Positions 40,113-54,466 of a stretch of DNA of 64,000 bases are shown here, one piece after another. Position numbers and translations under genes: made by a program. The stretch is taken from NCBI GenBank assembly GCA_964016885.1, contig OZ024743.1:298902001-298966000 (forward strand), read 5' to 3'. The notes beneath the pieces were generated by a model, which was not told where the DNA came from, made no database searches, and saw nothing but the letters and a program-made list of their open reading frames with translations. The DNA is from Eledone cirrhosa. Lineage: Eukaryota. Each line of letters begins with the position of its first letter. Within the stretch, counting starts at the first letter, position 1.

Positions 40113-41516
40113 CCCACACATGAAATCACACCTGCTTTCCAGCTCATATAAACTTAACACACTTTCAGATACTTATCCTCCATAAGCTCTTATTCTTCAC
40201 TTAAATTATTCTCTTTAAGACTACCTTTTCTGATTTACTTTCATTTTTAACCTTATTATTAATTTTATTTTTATTTTTATTTTTATTTTTATTTTTACTT
40301 CACATCCACCACTAACTTCCCCCCCTTTATTCTCCGATTCACTTACCTAATATCTCCACTTTCCACCTTTTACTTCCCTATTTTCTTCACTACCTGATTA
40401 AAAAAGTCACTTGCGTTTTCCACTCCAGATATTTTCTGTTATTTCGCAGCCAATTTTATATTTTTATATTTGTACTCACTTATTCACAAGGTCGTTTTTA
40501 CACCCTGTATCTATGTGTCTGAGCGTCTTTATGTGTGTATACTTTCTGTATATGTACACGAACGCCTCCGTATGTGCGCGCGCGTGCGTGTATATATATA
40601 TGTGTATGTATGTGTGTTTTTATATCTGTGTTTTTACATCTATGTTCTTTTTTTTATTTTCTTATTTTTATGTGTGTGCATGTTAGCGGGTCAACGTGCT
40701 TGAGTGTATGTATGTGTGTGTGTGTGTGTGTGTACGTACTGCCTGTATGGATGTGTATGTGTGCGTATGTATATGTATCTACATATACTTATGTGTGTGT
40801 ATGTGTCTGTGTGTATACAGTCGCGTACGTACGCGTGATTAGATATACATGGGCCGATGTGTATGTATATATATATGTGCATCCTGTGTGTGTATGTACG
40901 CTTGCATACGCTTTTGTCTGCACGTATTGCGTGTATATATATATTTTTTATAGATATATGTTTCTTATAGATATATGTGTGTATGTACGCGTGTACCTTG
41001 TTTGTTTTCTTTTTTTACTTTGCAATTTTTTCTTTCTAAATTATTGTTCCATTTTTATATCTATATCGAGATTGATACTTTCTTTTTACTATTACACTCC
41101 CGTACCTCTTTTTCTTCCGCATATAAGTGTACGCGCGTGTGTGTGTGTTTATACGCGTGCCTTCATATTCTTATAATGTATCTAATACCCTCTTTTTCTG
41201 TATACCTGTCAACCAGACAATCGTATCATGTCTGTGTCTATGGTTACATATACACAGATATACTTGCCCTCATGCATATATTTACGCACACATGTTCACT
41301 ATACACACACATTTGTACATACTTACATATGTATATCTGTGAGTGTATATACATACATATACACACACCTAACTATATTTCTTAAACATTTTTTTTATAT
41401 ATTTTATATTTTATTTTTTTAATTTTATATGTCTATTGTATTACCTTTATCTATATATATATAATTTTTTTGCATTTATTGAAGAGACTTTCCAAATATT
41501 TCTCTGTTTTATATTT

Positions 41517-41586
41517 CCTCGTCCGACGAACGAATGAAGACGTTTCTTTCGTATTGGTCTTATTCGGGAAACCTCTGGTAATGAGG
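41517..41586 (+). ncRNA. Type I hammerhead ribozyme-like motif (core variant CCGACGA)
   Basis: Stem I CCTCGT/ATGAGG; stem II CGAAT-G-AAGAC/GTCTT-ATTCG; GAAA; stem III CC-TCT-GG; cleavage triplet GTA; (TA)n follows within 30 nt. Confidence 0.7.
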
Positions 41587-41759
41587 TAATTATATTGTAT
41601 TGTTTTTTATACATTATATATATATATATATATATAGGAACGAGTAGGACCCCGACAGCTGAGCTCAAGCCGTTTCGACGGCTAATTCTGGACTAAAAAA
41701 AAAAAAAAAAAAATATAGTGGGTAATTGCTGGCATTAAAATACTAACTGATAACATATA

Positions 41760-42500
41760 AGAGGTTTTTAAAATGTACCCAAGAATTGCTAAATTTTAAA
41801 TTTCAAATTAAAAATGAAATTCAACAAGTACATGCACACATCTACATAAACTACATCGAAGATTTAGCTCAAGAATTTTTAACACTGAAACACACAACTT
41901 GGTAGAATCGAGGACACACATATACTATTTGATCATGTAATCTTAATAGAGTTTATCACGGTAGTGAAAACAACCAGCAATTGTTATGTTTTATGTATTC
42001 ATGGAAAGATCAGCATATTGAGTCAGAACTTCAGAGTATCAAACCTCTCGTGTAATTGAACCCAACTTAAACTGGGAGACTCAGCATTAATAACATGTTG
42101 AGAATGGAATTGTAAAATGTCTGTAACATTTAACAAATAAATCCCACTGGTGTAACTTATTATACAGACGAAATAAGTTACTTAAAAAATACTTTCTTGA
42201 ATAACAAATACCTGACTATAATCGCGAATGTTAAGTATACTCAGGAATAACTAGAATACACGAACGTTCCTTGCACTTGAGGGAGGTCTGATAAAAAAGA
42301 AACCATAAATGTGAGATTAGAGGAACATTTAAAATCCTTAATGAGAGGAAACATATCTAAGTCAAAGAAGACCTAAATCACATGGTGCGAACAAGAAAAT
42401 CATGCACTGTTACGAAATGAATATTTTATAATGGATAGATAACAATTGTGGAAACTTCGAATCAGTAAGCCTAGCATTGACATGTTAATGTAGCTATCTT
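41760..42500 (+). pseudogene. Heavily decayed Penelope-like RT/GIY-YIG remnant
   Basis: Scattered motif remnants YIED, FLNNKY and VRLEEHLKS. Confidence 0.4.
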
Positions 42501-43139
42501 AGAGAAAATTACACTTTGCAAATGCAACAGTTAGTATTAATGCATGTGTAGCATAGTTAATAAGAATGATGATATGATTAGTTTAAAAATAAAGTTTTCT
42601 ATACATATCTAGAAATAAGGCATGTGATTAGTAATAGAATTGTAGTGTACATATGTCAAATGTTTTTATTTGCATACATAAGGCGAATATTTCGAAAATT
42701 TATAATAGTCATAAGCGATGACACATCTCAGGAATTTAAAGCCTAACGATACTGAAATTTATATAAGTTCATCTATTGACTAAATAAAGGTTTTCACTAC
42801 CGATTGGGGTATTGGTAAAATAAAGATTGAATCTCATACAATTATTACACCATCCCCCCGCACAAATAAGCACACACAGACACATACAAACACACGCCCA
42901 CACATACACACACACATAAAAACACACACACGCCCCCCACATATATATATATTTATGTATACAAGACATGCAATCATAAATGATGTTAAAACTAATCTCG
43001 TACAGCGAGATTTAAATGCCATATACACATAGGCTGGGGACAACTATATGCAGTTTAATATTGAAATATTTCAAGCTTTCCCTTATTAAACCACTAACGC
43101 AAATGACCTGAGCCAAGGATTGAAATACCTGATTCAAAA

Positions 43140-43385
43140 TGAGTGCGTGACCTGGGAAGTGATATGTGGAAGAATGTTTGATGCGCAAAACCTCAAGATG
43201 ACTGCAATGTGCAAACGACTGATCTGATGGATTTTGAGGTAATTCAGGGCAAAAGACGAGGAAAACATATTAGTACTGTACAGGCTGAAATACAGCTCTC
43301 GGTTAAGATCAAATTAACTGTGGAAGTTGAAGCAATCTAACTGAGCTACACCAAGAAAGAGATAAGCTACTGGAAGAGGCCTAAC
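43140..43385 (+). pseudogene. Decayed CR1-type LINE ORF2 fragment
   Basis: VRDLG...WILR*FRAKDEENILVLYRLKYSS...VEAI*LSYTKK..SYWKR pattern. Confidence 0.6.
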
Positions 43386-45019
43386 AAATAAAGCCACTAT
43401 TCCCGAAACGAAAACGGGAGAGACACGAAGTCCGAAAATGTTTGGGAATCTCTGATTTAGACCAAATATATAAAAAAACCTATTTAAATACTTTATTGCT
43501 TTTGCGAGAACGTATTCCTGTCGATATTTGTCGTTTTACTGTAGTGGTTTTACTTTAGTTGTTTATTTTCTATTTCTTCTAAGATCGTCCAATATTCAAC
43601 ACTTTACAGACATTTCAATAAAACAAAATAAACAATACAAATGTCAGAATTTTTAACAGAAAAAAAAAAGAATCGAAATATTCAAAATAATCCAGTAAAA
43701 ACATACGTACTAGCATGTACGCATACATAAAAACACAAAAACACACACACATATATGTATAAATAAATCTTTTCACCAATGATGATGATAATGATGATGA
43801 TGAAAACAATGATAATAATGATAATGATGATGACGAGTATGATAATGATGATGAATTAAGCTACGAAGAAAACTATGTATTGAAAATAGCGAAAAACGCT
43901 AGGAATTGATTCATAAGAAAAATTAATCGAAGATGAAGTAAAGAAAAATTAAAAAGCTTCAACAAAGATAAAAAATAAAAATAAAATAAAAAACAACAAA
44001 ACAACAACAACAACAACAACAACAACAATAATAATGATAATAATAATAATAATAATGATAATGATGATAAATTATGAGTGAATTAAAAAAAGATGAACGA
44101 ATCAATTAATAATAGATTCAGGAGAAAAAATTAACATAAGATGAAAAACATTCAAGGAAGAAAGAAAAAAGAGTAAACCTCTGTATATATATAAATGGTG
44201 GAAATACCAAACAAATATATATAGATAAAAAAAAATGAGAATAGAAAAGAGAAGGTGACTAAAAAAAACAAGGTGACAAAATGAGAAAAAAAAAGATAGT
44301 GACAAAATGAGAAAAGAAAAGAGAAGGTAAAGGTAAAAGAGAAAGATATATATATATATATAAACTTTTTATTTATTCGGAAATAACACAATACATTTAG
44401 AAGTATCCTTTATAGATTACTTCTTATAGTCATTAGAATCTCCTCAAATAACTAACGAGGTGATTTGGCGACACAAATTAAATTCAGACTGCCGAGTTGC
44501 TAGAGATGTTACTGACGAAGTCAAGCAGTTCGTATTTTTCCACCTATGTTTCATTGTTTTAATGATCGAGATACTTAAACGTAAATATCATCTACTGTTA
44601 TAGTAGGTATAGGATTACCACTGTTAACCATAACAGACCGGTAACATTGATTATAAATTAACAGAGAAGATTTGAAGATGATAATTAATGATATATATGT
44701 GGTTAATTATCATCACAGTTATCGACCATAGGTAGGTAAGATATCTTCAATCGTGGACATAAGAAGAGTAGCCTATCTTCCTAGTACTAATTGACGAACG
44801 AAATATTTGTGGAGCAAGAGAAAACAGTTAAACCCGCTCCCCGCAAAAAACAGCATTTATAGTACATAATTTGGTAACATAGAATGTTATACACTATGAA
44901 GTTCAGTTGGTAATAGAGTCGCCTAGAAAGCGGTTGGAATATTGTTCTAATACTGTCAATAGTCGTACAATTATTATTTGTTCGCTCTCAGCAATAAGTG
45001 TACTACCAACACTTAGTAG

Positions 45020-45020
<1 letters not shown>

Positions 45021-45050
<30 letters not shown>

Positions 45051-45435
45051 CTTCTTCTTCTTCTTCTTCTTCTTCTTCTCCTCCTCCTCCTCCTCTTCTT
45101 CTTCTTCTTCTTCTTCTTCTTCTTCTTCTTCTTCTTCTTCTTTTTCTTCTCCTCCTCCTCCTCCGCCTCTTCTTCTTCTTCTTCTCCTCCCCCCTCCTCC
45201 TCCTCCTCCTCCTCGTCCTCTTCTTCTTCTTCTTCTTCTTCTTCTTCTTCTTCTTCTTCTTCTTCTTCTTCTTCTTCTTCTTCTTCTTCTTCTTCTTTTT
45301 CTCCTCCTCCTCCACCCCCCCCCCTCCTCCTCATCTTCTTCTTCTTCTTCTTCTTCTTCTTCTTCTTCTTCTTCTTCTTCTTCTTCTTCTTCTTCTTCTT
45401 CTTCTTCTTCTTCTTCTTCTTCTTCTTCTTCTTCT
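45021..45435. repeat. Compound (CTT)n/(CCT)n polypyrimidine tract
   Basis: Direct reading. Confidence 0.98.
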
Positions 45436-46380
45436 GCGCTAAGTAGCACCACGTCGTCTGCATGTATCACCCAAGTGACCCGATACTCACCGCTTTTGAT
45501 ACCATTTTCAACCCGGCTGCCCATGTTAATCATGTTCATGAGGATTATGAACAGGAGGGGTGAAAATATGCACCTTGTTGGTGTCTGACATCCACATCGA
45601 ATAGTTTTGACTGATCGCTATTTATCCGAACACGAATACTACAACTTCGATATACTGACTTTGAAGCGACAAGAAGTTGTCTGTCGATCCTATATTTCTG
45701 TAGAACCTTCCACAACAAGTAACGCGGCATGCAGTCGTAAGCTTTTCCGAGGTTCACAAAACAAGCATACACTTCTTGGCAATAGATCCCAATGTCTCGA
45801 ACACCAGCCGATGAGTAAATATTTGGTCGGCTGTGCTATATCCGTGGCGAAAACTACACTATTTGTCAGTTAATTTGGTCTTGACAATATTCCAATATCT
45901 CTTTGACATAATTCCGTTTTTGAAAATGCTTGAGTGGACTGATAACTATACAAATGGATACTGCTATCTTCAATTCGGAGTTCGTGCCAACCCTTACCTA
46001 TGGTCATGAATCTTGGGTAATGAGCGAAAGAATACGATCGCGAATACAAGCAATCGAAATGGGATTCCTCCGAAGGGTCTTTGGAGTAGTGTTACTCGAC
46101 AAAATCTATAGCTCGGAGATCAGAAAGTCACTCCAGGTAGAACCACTACTTCACCGAATTGAGAGATCACAGCTCCGATACTATAGGAATGTGGTGAGAA
46201 TGTCTCAGGAAATAATCGCTGGACTGATTTTACTGGCAAAACTAACCGACAGGAGACCCAAGGGTAGACCCTGAGCAAGATGGTTGGATAACATCCATGA
46301 ACCTGGTTGGCCACGTTTGGGGATCGAGCCGGATCAGTTAGTGACGGTTGCTTCTGACAGGAGCCGCTGGAAAAAGTGTT
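45436..46380. mobile_element. Decayed RTE-clade LINE with an internal inversion
   Basis: Minus about 45950-45436: YACFVNLGKAYD..., HADDVVLLS (RT). Plus about 45960-46380: PTLTYGHESW...AIEMGFLRR...IERSQLRYY...RPKGRP...DRSRW (downstream region). Confidence 0.85.
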
Positions 46381-46465
46381 AGAAGAAGAAGAAGAAGAAG
46401 AAGAAGAAGAAGAAGAAGAAGAAGAAGAAGAAGAAGAAGAAGAAGAAGAAGAAGAAGAAGAAGAA
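46381..46465. repeat. (GAA)n microsatellite
   Basis: Direct reading. Confidence 0.98.
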
Positions 46466-49400
46466 TTAATCGGATTATTTTGTACTAAGCAGCAATGAAA
46501 CATCTATGTACTAAACCTTTATGATTTTTTCAGAGAGTATTATTGGCGTAAATAATGAGAAGTAACTTAAACCAGGTATTGAAAATGCATAGTAGTTGCA
46601 AACTCACTACTTACTTGTTTGCATTACTATCACTGCGAGGTCAGGTAAACATTACAGTAAATATACGTACACAATCTGAGAAGAAAAGGCGGCAGCCATA
46701 GCTGTTGAAGTTCCTCCCAGAATAGGGATGCTGATGTAGTTGATATTCTGCTTGTGCTTCTACTGGCTGATACTAGTAGGGGGACAATATGAACTGAGAA
46801 AGAGCTGTGTGGGGTTGTAGTTCTAGTTACTAGAGACTAAATAATGTGTACAGAGTGGAGTCTATAGGGCTAGGCACAGTATATATAACATGGGCGAGTA
46901 GCAGCACACATATTGCTATTCTGAAGTAGTAGAAGTAGTAGAAAGAAAAGTGAGTAGTTGTAGAATTAGTAAAAGATAAAGAAATAGGAAACACTGCATC
47001 TGGAACTGGTGCTGTTAGCGAACAAATCATTCTTTTTAGATGCCCTACACATATGTTTTTGTGTGTAATTATACAAATATATTGTATACAAATCTAGTTT
47101 ACTTCATCCTGCAAAAAATCAATTTTATATCACACAATAAGAAGTGTGTATTAAACTAACCAACCAATCACAGTCAGCGTAGATGTAGTTTATTTTTTTT
47201 TATAGTGAAACAGCAGATAACAAATGTGAAAACACATTCTCCATGTTGAATAACGCCTTAAGGTGATATCAGCAAATATAAAATAAACTAGAATTGAAAT
47301 GTGTTTTTTCATATTTTTTCTTTATGTCATTAAAGTTGTTTTTCAATATGCTGCTGGTGCTGTTATTGTTGTTGGTGTCGATTGTGATTCAGACGTTGTT
47401 GTTACTTTTAATGATATATAATAAAATATATTTGCTTGCTGCGTTATAGAAATCCAATACTAAGAACGTTACCCATCTGCCAGCTTGCAACATTTATGTA
47501 GTAGACACGCAATAACTAATGCCAATCACATATGGCAATTAAAATTCTTCCATATTCAAAGTAACTGTGTTTACTGCACATATTTCAATATAGGAAGGTG
47601 AAAACCATCCCAGTTCGATCAAAGTCTTATAAGAAGTCGATGCATGAATGTAATTATGTCAAACACTTGAAAGGAAGTGGGGATTTGATAGCATTTGCGT
47701 TGAATTTCCGTGATAGGTTTGTTTTGAAATATGAAACTATCCTTTAGTGGATTGTTGGCCTGACATTACTAACAATATATCTGCGAAAATGTAGTCAATT
47801 TAATGGTTGATAAATGGAAGGAAGTAAAGCATATGCATCATTCGGAAATTCTCGTTGATAACTACAATATATGTTGTTTTTTATATGTAATTCTAATGCA
47901 CACACAGTTTCTAGAGATTAATATCTAATGCAGTAACACCAATAGTTATAATGATGGGCAGCAAAATAAATTATTCATCTAAAAGACAAAATCTCATCGG
48001 ACAAAATTGTCTGTGAGAAAATTTAACAAGTTTGGGAAACGAAATTCGGATAATAAAAACATTCAGCAAATGTAATCTACAACCATGGTTCGATCTCCGG
48101 TTGATGTGATTTTGCTTTGTTTTAGAAAGGCAAGAAGACCACCATTTCAGTCGATTGTTAGAAGAGAGAAATACTTTATTAAAGGATCAATCAGATTACG
48201 AAAGCTGAGACAAATGATAAACAGTTTCCTCATTTTTTAAAGTTTAAATATTTCGGAAGTGGTGAAAGAAAGCTTCATTTAAACTATTAAACAATATATG
48301 ATTTTAAACCTGGATATTCGTGGTGTCATTGATGGTACACGTTAGCACCTTTAGTAGATTATATATACAGTTAAGGAATACGATTCACATTCACGTAGTT
48401 TCAGGTTCAGTCCCACTAGGTGACACCTTGGGGAAGTGATTTTTACAATTGTCTCTTGATGACCAATATCTTATAAATGCAATTTACTTCCTCCAAAATA
48501 ACTGACTCAATCCACACCTCTGTTCCCCCCTCTTCTCACTCTCTATCATCTTGAGTTAATGAATTTTTATCTTAAACATTTACCACGCTGCTTCATCACT
48601 TCTAACACATTCTCAAATCCACTAGACTCTCTCCATATCTACATTGATGATTTTACGCTTGGATTATCTGATTACCCAATAGTCAAACATTCGCGGCATT
48701 AACTCACAGTTTAATCCATGGTGCAGTATGTGCTGTTATGATGGAATACATCCTAGAATGGAAATATAACCTCAAATAATAACTGCTAGGAACCTCACAA
48801 ATTTAAGGCACCGAAACATACGAGAAGAGCGAGAGAAATAAATAAAAACAAATGGAAACATAAAACAAAAAAAAAAACCGACCACCAATTCATTGCCAAA
48901 TAATTTGAATCGGATTAGACAGAGAGAAAGAAAAGAAAAAAAAAATAGAGAATATATTTATTTGCCGATGTGTTGCCAAATGATGCCGAAAGCCACTGAC
49001 CCGCATCTCCGGTCATGACGGCGACAGCAACAGGATAATAACATCTTCGGTAAAAGAGGGCACTCGAGCCTCAGCAGCCCGACCTGGTAAAAGTTTCATC
49101 TCCACCACCATTAACAAGAGGAAGTCAACGACAACAACTGTGACATTAACATCAACAACACACATGTGTATACATTAACATCTCACCAGCAATCTTCACC
49201 ATTAACAAGAGGAAGGCAACGACGACAACAGTGACATTAACAACAACAACTCTACCATTAACAAGATGAAGCCAACACCAGCATCAGTGACTCACCTCCA
49301 GCCACAAGGTCCTATGACAAACAGCTAAGTTGCTCGCATGTGTGCGTGCTGTACTCTGGGTCTTTCCGCTGGAAACAACCCCCTGTTTTCTCTCCCCCCT

Positions 49401-49524
49401 CCTCTTTTTCTTTGTACATTCATCCATTCACTCATTCATTTACTAACATTCTACCATTCTGCGTGTCCCCCTCCATGCAACCCCGTCTGTTCTCTCTTGT
49501 TTTCTGGCACCTCTATATATATAG

Positions 49525-52500
49525 GTGAGCTATGAGGCCCTCATACCAGCACTTTACCTTCCACCCACACACGGCAGCCACCCACCCCTGATGCCGCTCG
49601 GTGCCCCAGTCCGCGGCCCCACGCCCTATCCCCCATCCCCCCAAGCCGATACCTGCAGCACTTGCAGCACCACTAACAAATGGAAGAGTGGCGGGAACTG
49701 TTTGGGGTGCGGCTGCTTCCACCACCTCACCTGCGTTGGCTTGACACGTCGAGCTTCCAATGCCCTCGCAGCGTGGAGGTGCTGCCTCTTCTCCACATCT
49801 TCCCAGCCACAGCCGTCTGGCACACCACCAGTTGGGACAGCGAGCTTGCCTGGCGCCCAAGCCTCGCTGGTCAACATCGCTCGGCTCGGGCGGCTCCGGA
49901 AGATCCCACTCAGGACCCCGAGAGCGGCACGGGTGGTAGTAGCCAATGCCCTAGCTTCCTCGATTGAGAGCACCCTGGACTACAATCGAGCCAGTGACTG
50001 GGAGCGGCTGTTCTATTTCGCCCCACTCGCCCTCGGCCTCCCCAGCTCTGGCGCTGACCAGGGCGGCCGGTCAACGGCAGCCTTCTTCAAGGCCAATGTC
50101 TCGTCCTTTGGGCGAGCGCCCATTCCAAGCGTGCTCAGGGACGCCACGCACCCCACCCTTAGGTACCCCCTATCCTCCACCCCGAAGCCAGCGCCAAGCG
50201 TTTGCGTGACCAGGTAAACGCCAAGATTATCATGGGTGATGTCTCGGCTGCAGTCAGAGTTGTTGCCTCAGAGGACACTGTCCTCCAACCCACCGAGGAG
50301 GTCCTGGCTGCTCTGCGACTTAAACACACTGAGCCACCCACTGTTCTCAGACCCATACCCCCACTCGACCCCACTTTCTCCTTGTGGCTTCTGATGCAGA
50401 CATCATGTCCGCCATCAGGTCCTTCCCAGCTAGCAGCTGCGGAGGTGTTGATGGTCTCCGACCGGGCCACCTCAAGGAGTTGATATCCCCCCCTCTCCGC
50501 TGAGACCGGGCGCGGCCTTCTGAGTGCAATTGTGGTGTTCACCAATAGGCTCATTCATGGCGCCCTGGATCCTTACGCCCAAGGCCTCTTTTTTTCGGCC
50601 AGCCTCACCGCTCTCAGGAAGAAAGAGGGTGGCATACGCCCCATTGCTGTGGGCAATGTCTTCCGGAGGCTGGCTGCCAAGGTGATCTACAAGTCCGTAA
50701 CAAACAAAGTTTAGTCCGGTGCAACTGGGTGTCAGCGTATCCGGTGGCTATGAGGGGGCCGCTCATGCAACCAGGCAGTTCTTCAACAGCTGCCCATCGG
50801 AACCGGCATCCAGGGACTCCAGTCACCTCATTGTCAAGCTTTACATGAGGAATGCCTTCAACTCTTTACGCCGGGATCATCTGCTCGAGGCCTGCCTCAG
50901 CCAATCTCTCTCTGCCTACCCGCTGGCCTACCTGACGTATGGAGCCCCGAGCATGCTGATACGGTCATACCTTCGGCTACTGGGGTCCAACAGGGCGACG
51001 CTTTGGGACCCCTCCTGTTCGCCCTTGGTATTGAGCATATCGCCTGGAGTATCACGGCCCCTCTCAACGTTTCGTATCTGGATGATGCTACGTTGGGCGG
51101 GCCCGTACGGACGGACTGCTATGACCTTCAATCTGTGGTTCCTGCCCCGGCAGGAATCGGCCTCCAGGTCAACTCGGCCAAGTCGGAGGTGGTGAATGTC
51201 AGCCTCGATGCTGCGAGCTTTGCAGCCTCCGTCTTGGACATGCGGTCCATTCTCCGCCAGGTTTAGGTGACCCCCAAAGAGGATGTCCTCATCCTCGGGT
51301 CACCGATCCACCCGCCGGCCATCCCCTCCACCATCAGGTCCAGGCTTCAACAGCTCCAAACTCTCACGAGCCGACTGGGCTTGATTGACGGCCACCCAGG
51401 TCTCTTTCTGCTGAGGAACTGCTTCGCCATGCCGACGCTCCTATATACACTCCGCAGCGCACCGTGCTTTACCCAGACATCTCTCCTTGCTGACCTCGAT
51501 ACTTGTATCCGAGCAGCAGCCGAGGAGATATGCAACGTCAAGTTTGACGACATAGGGTGGCAACAGGCCACTTTACCTGTCAGGTATGGCGGCCTTGGTC
51601 TCCGGTCCCCGATCTCACTAGCTTTGCCGACGTATCTTTCGTAGGTAATCTCGTGCCGCGTCCACGTCAGCAGGGTTCTTCAAAACAGAACATAACCCTC
51701 TGTGTTCAGAGAACGTGAGGCCGCATGTGAAACGTGGGACCGGGTGGGACGTAGCCCAGTAAACGTGCCTCCTACTTCTCCCCCTGTTGACGTCAAGTCC
51801 CCCCAACGCACTTGGGATTCCATCCAGTGCAGCCTGGCCTAGGACAGGCTCATGCGCCAGCTCGACCAGCACCGCCTTGCTTGTTTCGTGCGGCCTCCAA
51901 ACCCACAGTGGTGCCTGGCTCCATGCCCTGCCCTCCTTCTTCACAGGCTCGCAGCTAGACAACCATAGCCTGCAAATCGGCGTTTCCCTGAGGCTCGGCC
52001 TCCGGATCTGCCAGCCACACCAATGTTGCTGCGGTTCCACCGTCGACTCTTTCGGCCTCCACCCGCTTTCCTGTCGTCACAGTGCCGGCCGTATTCCACA
52101 CCATGCTGCCCTCAACGAGGTCATTAAGCATGGCTTGGACGCTGTAGGCTTGCCTTCCCAGCTCGAGCCGGTGGGGCTGGATCGAAGGGACGGCAAAAGG
52201 CAAGATGACATGAACATCTTCCCGTTCTGCAGTGGCAAACCCCTCTTTTGGGATGCCACTTGCACCGACACTTTCTGCACCTGCAACCTGGTGCAGTCTC
52301 CGACTGACTCAGGTTCTGCTGCACGTCGGGCTGAGGGGGCCAAACTCCTCAAATACCGGTCGGTCTCCGACAAATTTGCGGTCGTACTCCTGGCAGTGGA
52401 GACTTCTGGTGTCCTCGGCCACAGGGCTACCTTCTTACTCACTACCATAGGCACTGAGCTGGCCAGCCGCAGGTGTGAGTTCCGTGAGTTGGAGTGGCTC

Positions 52501-52575
52501 TTCCAGCGCGTCTCCCTCACCGTCCTCCGTTCTGTCCGCCGGAGCTGTGGGTGGGCCTCATCGCGACCGTTGTAG
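49525..52575 (+). pseudogene. Disrupted CRE-clade non-LTR retrotransposon (PHD-like finger + RT + RLE)
   Basis: GGIRPIAVGNVFRRLAAK, QLGVSVSGG, GVQQGDALGPLLF, YLDD, QATLPVRYGGLGLR, GAWLHALP, CCCGSTVDSFGLHPLSC, KRQDD..WDATCTD..KLLKY; several frameshifts and stops; a GC-rich island. Confidence 0.85.
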
Positions 52576-52692
52576 TTGTAGAAGAAACAGGAAGACAACA
52601 AATATATCAACAATGTAATGAGGCTGTTAAAAATGTTTATTCAATTAAAACTTCATCTTTATTGATAAAAAAAACATTTGCGTTATCAAAAC

Positions 52693-53162
<470 letters not shown>

Positions 53163-54466
53163 AACAAAAAAAACAAAAACAATAACGAAGAGTGCAGTAC
53201 AAACAGTATTAGGTTCGTGTGTGTGTGTGAGTGTGCGTGTGTGTGTATGTGTGTTTGTGTGTGTATGTGTATGCCTGTGTCTATGTGTGTCTGTGTCTGT
53301 GTTTACGTCTACAGTTTGTTTATATTTCATCATACCGGTTTGAAAACAAAATTAAGTATCATTTTTGAAAGAATGTTGTCGATATGATCGACTAAATCCC
53401 ATCCAAATACAGCCGCAGTTTCATGGCTGAAACTAGTAAGCGAATAACAAAATGAATTTAAGGCAAGACTTCTACGGAATGGGTTCTCATTAACTCTTTC
53501 AAAAAAGTATGTGAATTTAAACTTGCCAGTGCAAGCCCAGAAAACTTTCACAATTTACACAATGATTTTGCTTCTATAAATTGGTGACCCGTACTCAAAT
53601 ACGTAGACTGAAGCAGCTAGACTTAAGTGCCTTTGTTATGGTTTCCACAAAACACTGGCATCAAAAAATGAACCATTGATTCTTCAGTCGAAACAACTGA
53701 CTTGGCTCACAGTGAATATCTTTTTTCTAATATCAAAATTAGAATTGCAGGAGGCTATTTTTGAAGTAATCGTTTAATTAATATACTCGTAAAATATTTT
53801 AAGGTATAAAAATCATTAAAAATATAATTATTAGATGAACTGATTGGATAAATCTACTTCAAAATTTATTTTAAAAACTCGACTAATTTTGTGATTAGTC
53901 GTCGTCGTTGATTTTTCTTGTTTTTATTTTTGCTTTGTTAGGAGAAAAAACGATTTATTTTCAAGAAAATTCATTAATGGTTTCTAGAGGTAAATAATAT
54001 TTTCCGAAAAGTACAATATGTTGGGTACGGTACAAAAGTAAATTATTTAGAGAAGTAATTTAAATATAAATTTGCCTCGTGGCTAAAGCTATGTGGAATG
54101 TTCACATAGAAAAAGTATATTGTGAATGCGTTGGTTGTGAAGTATACACACAGTTACACACAGACACATATGCGTATACAAACGCTTGAGTGTGTGTGGG
54201 TGTGTATGTGAGTGTATATGTGTTTGCATTTATCTGTTCGTATTTGTGTGCACGAATATATGTAAATTAAATACTTTTTTTGTTTATAACTATATTTGAT
54301 ATATAAATTTTTATTTCTTTAAGTGTATAGATGCATTTAAGTATATAGCTCTGCATCAAACTGTATATGTATGTATGCATGTATGTATGTGTGTATGTAT
54401 GCATATATGCATCTATGTATGTATGTATGTATATATGTATGTATGTATGTATGTGTGTATGTATGT

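Noticed and set aside
46670-47045. Possible minus-strand S/T-rich exon
   Set aside because: The only sizeable ORF (66 aa) has no recognisable motif and I found no convincing splice pair.
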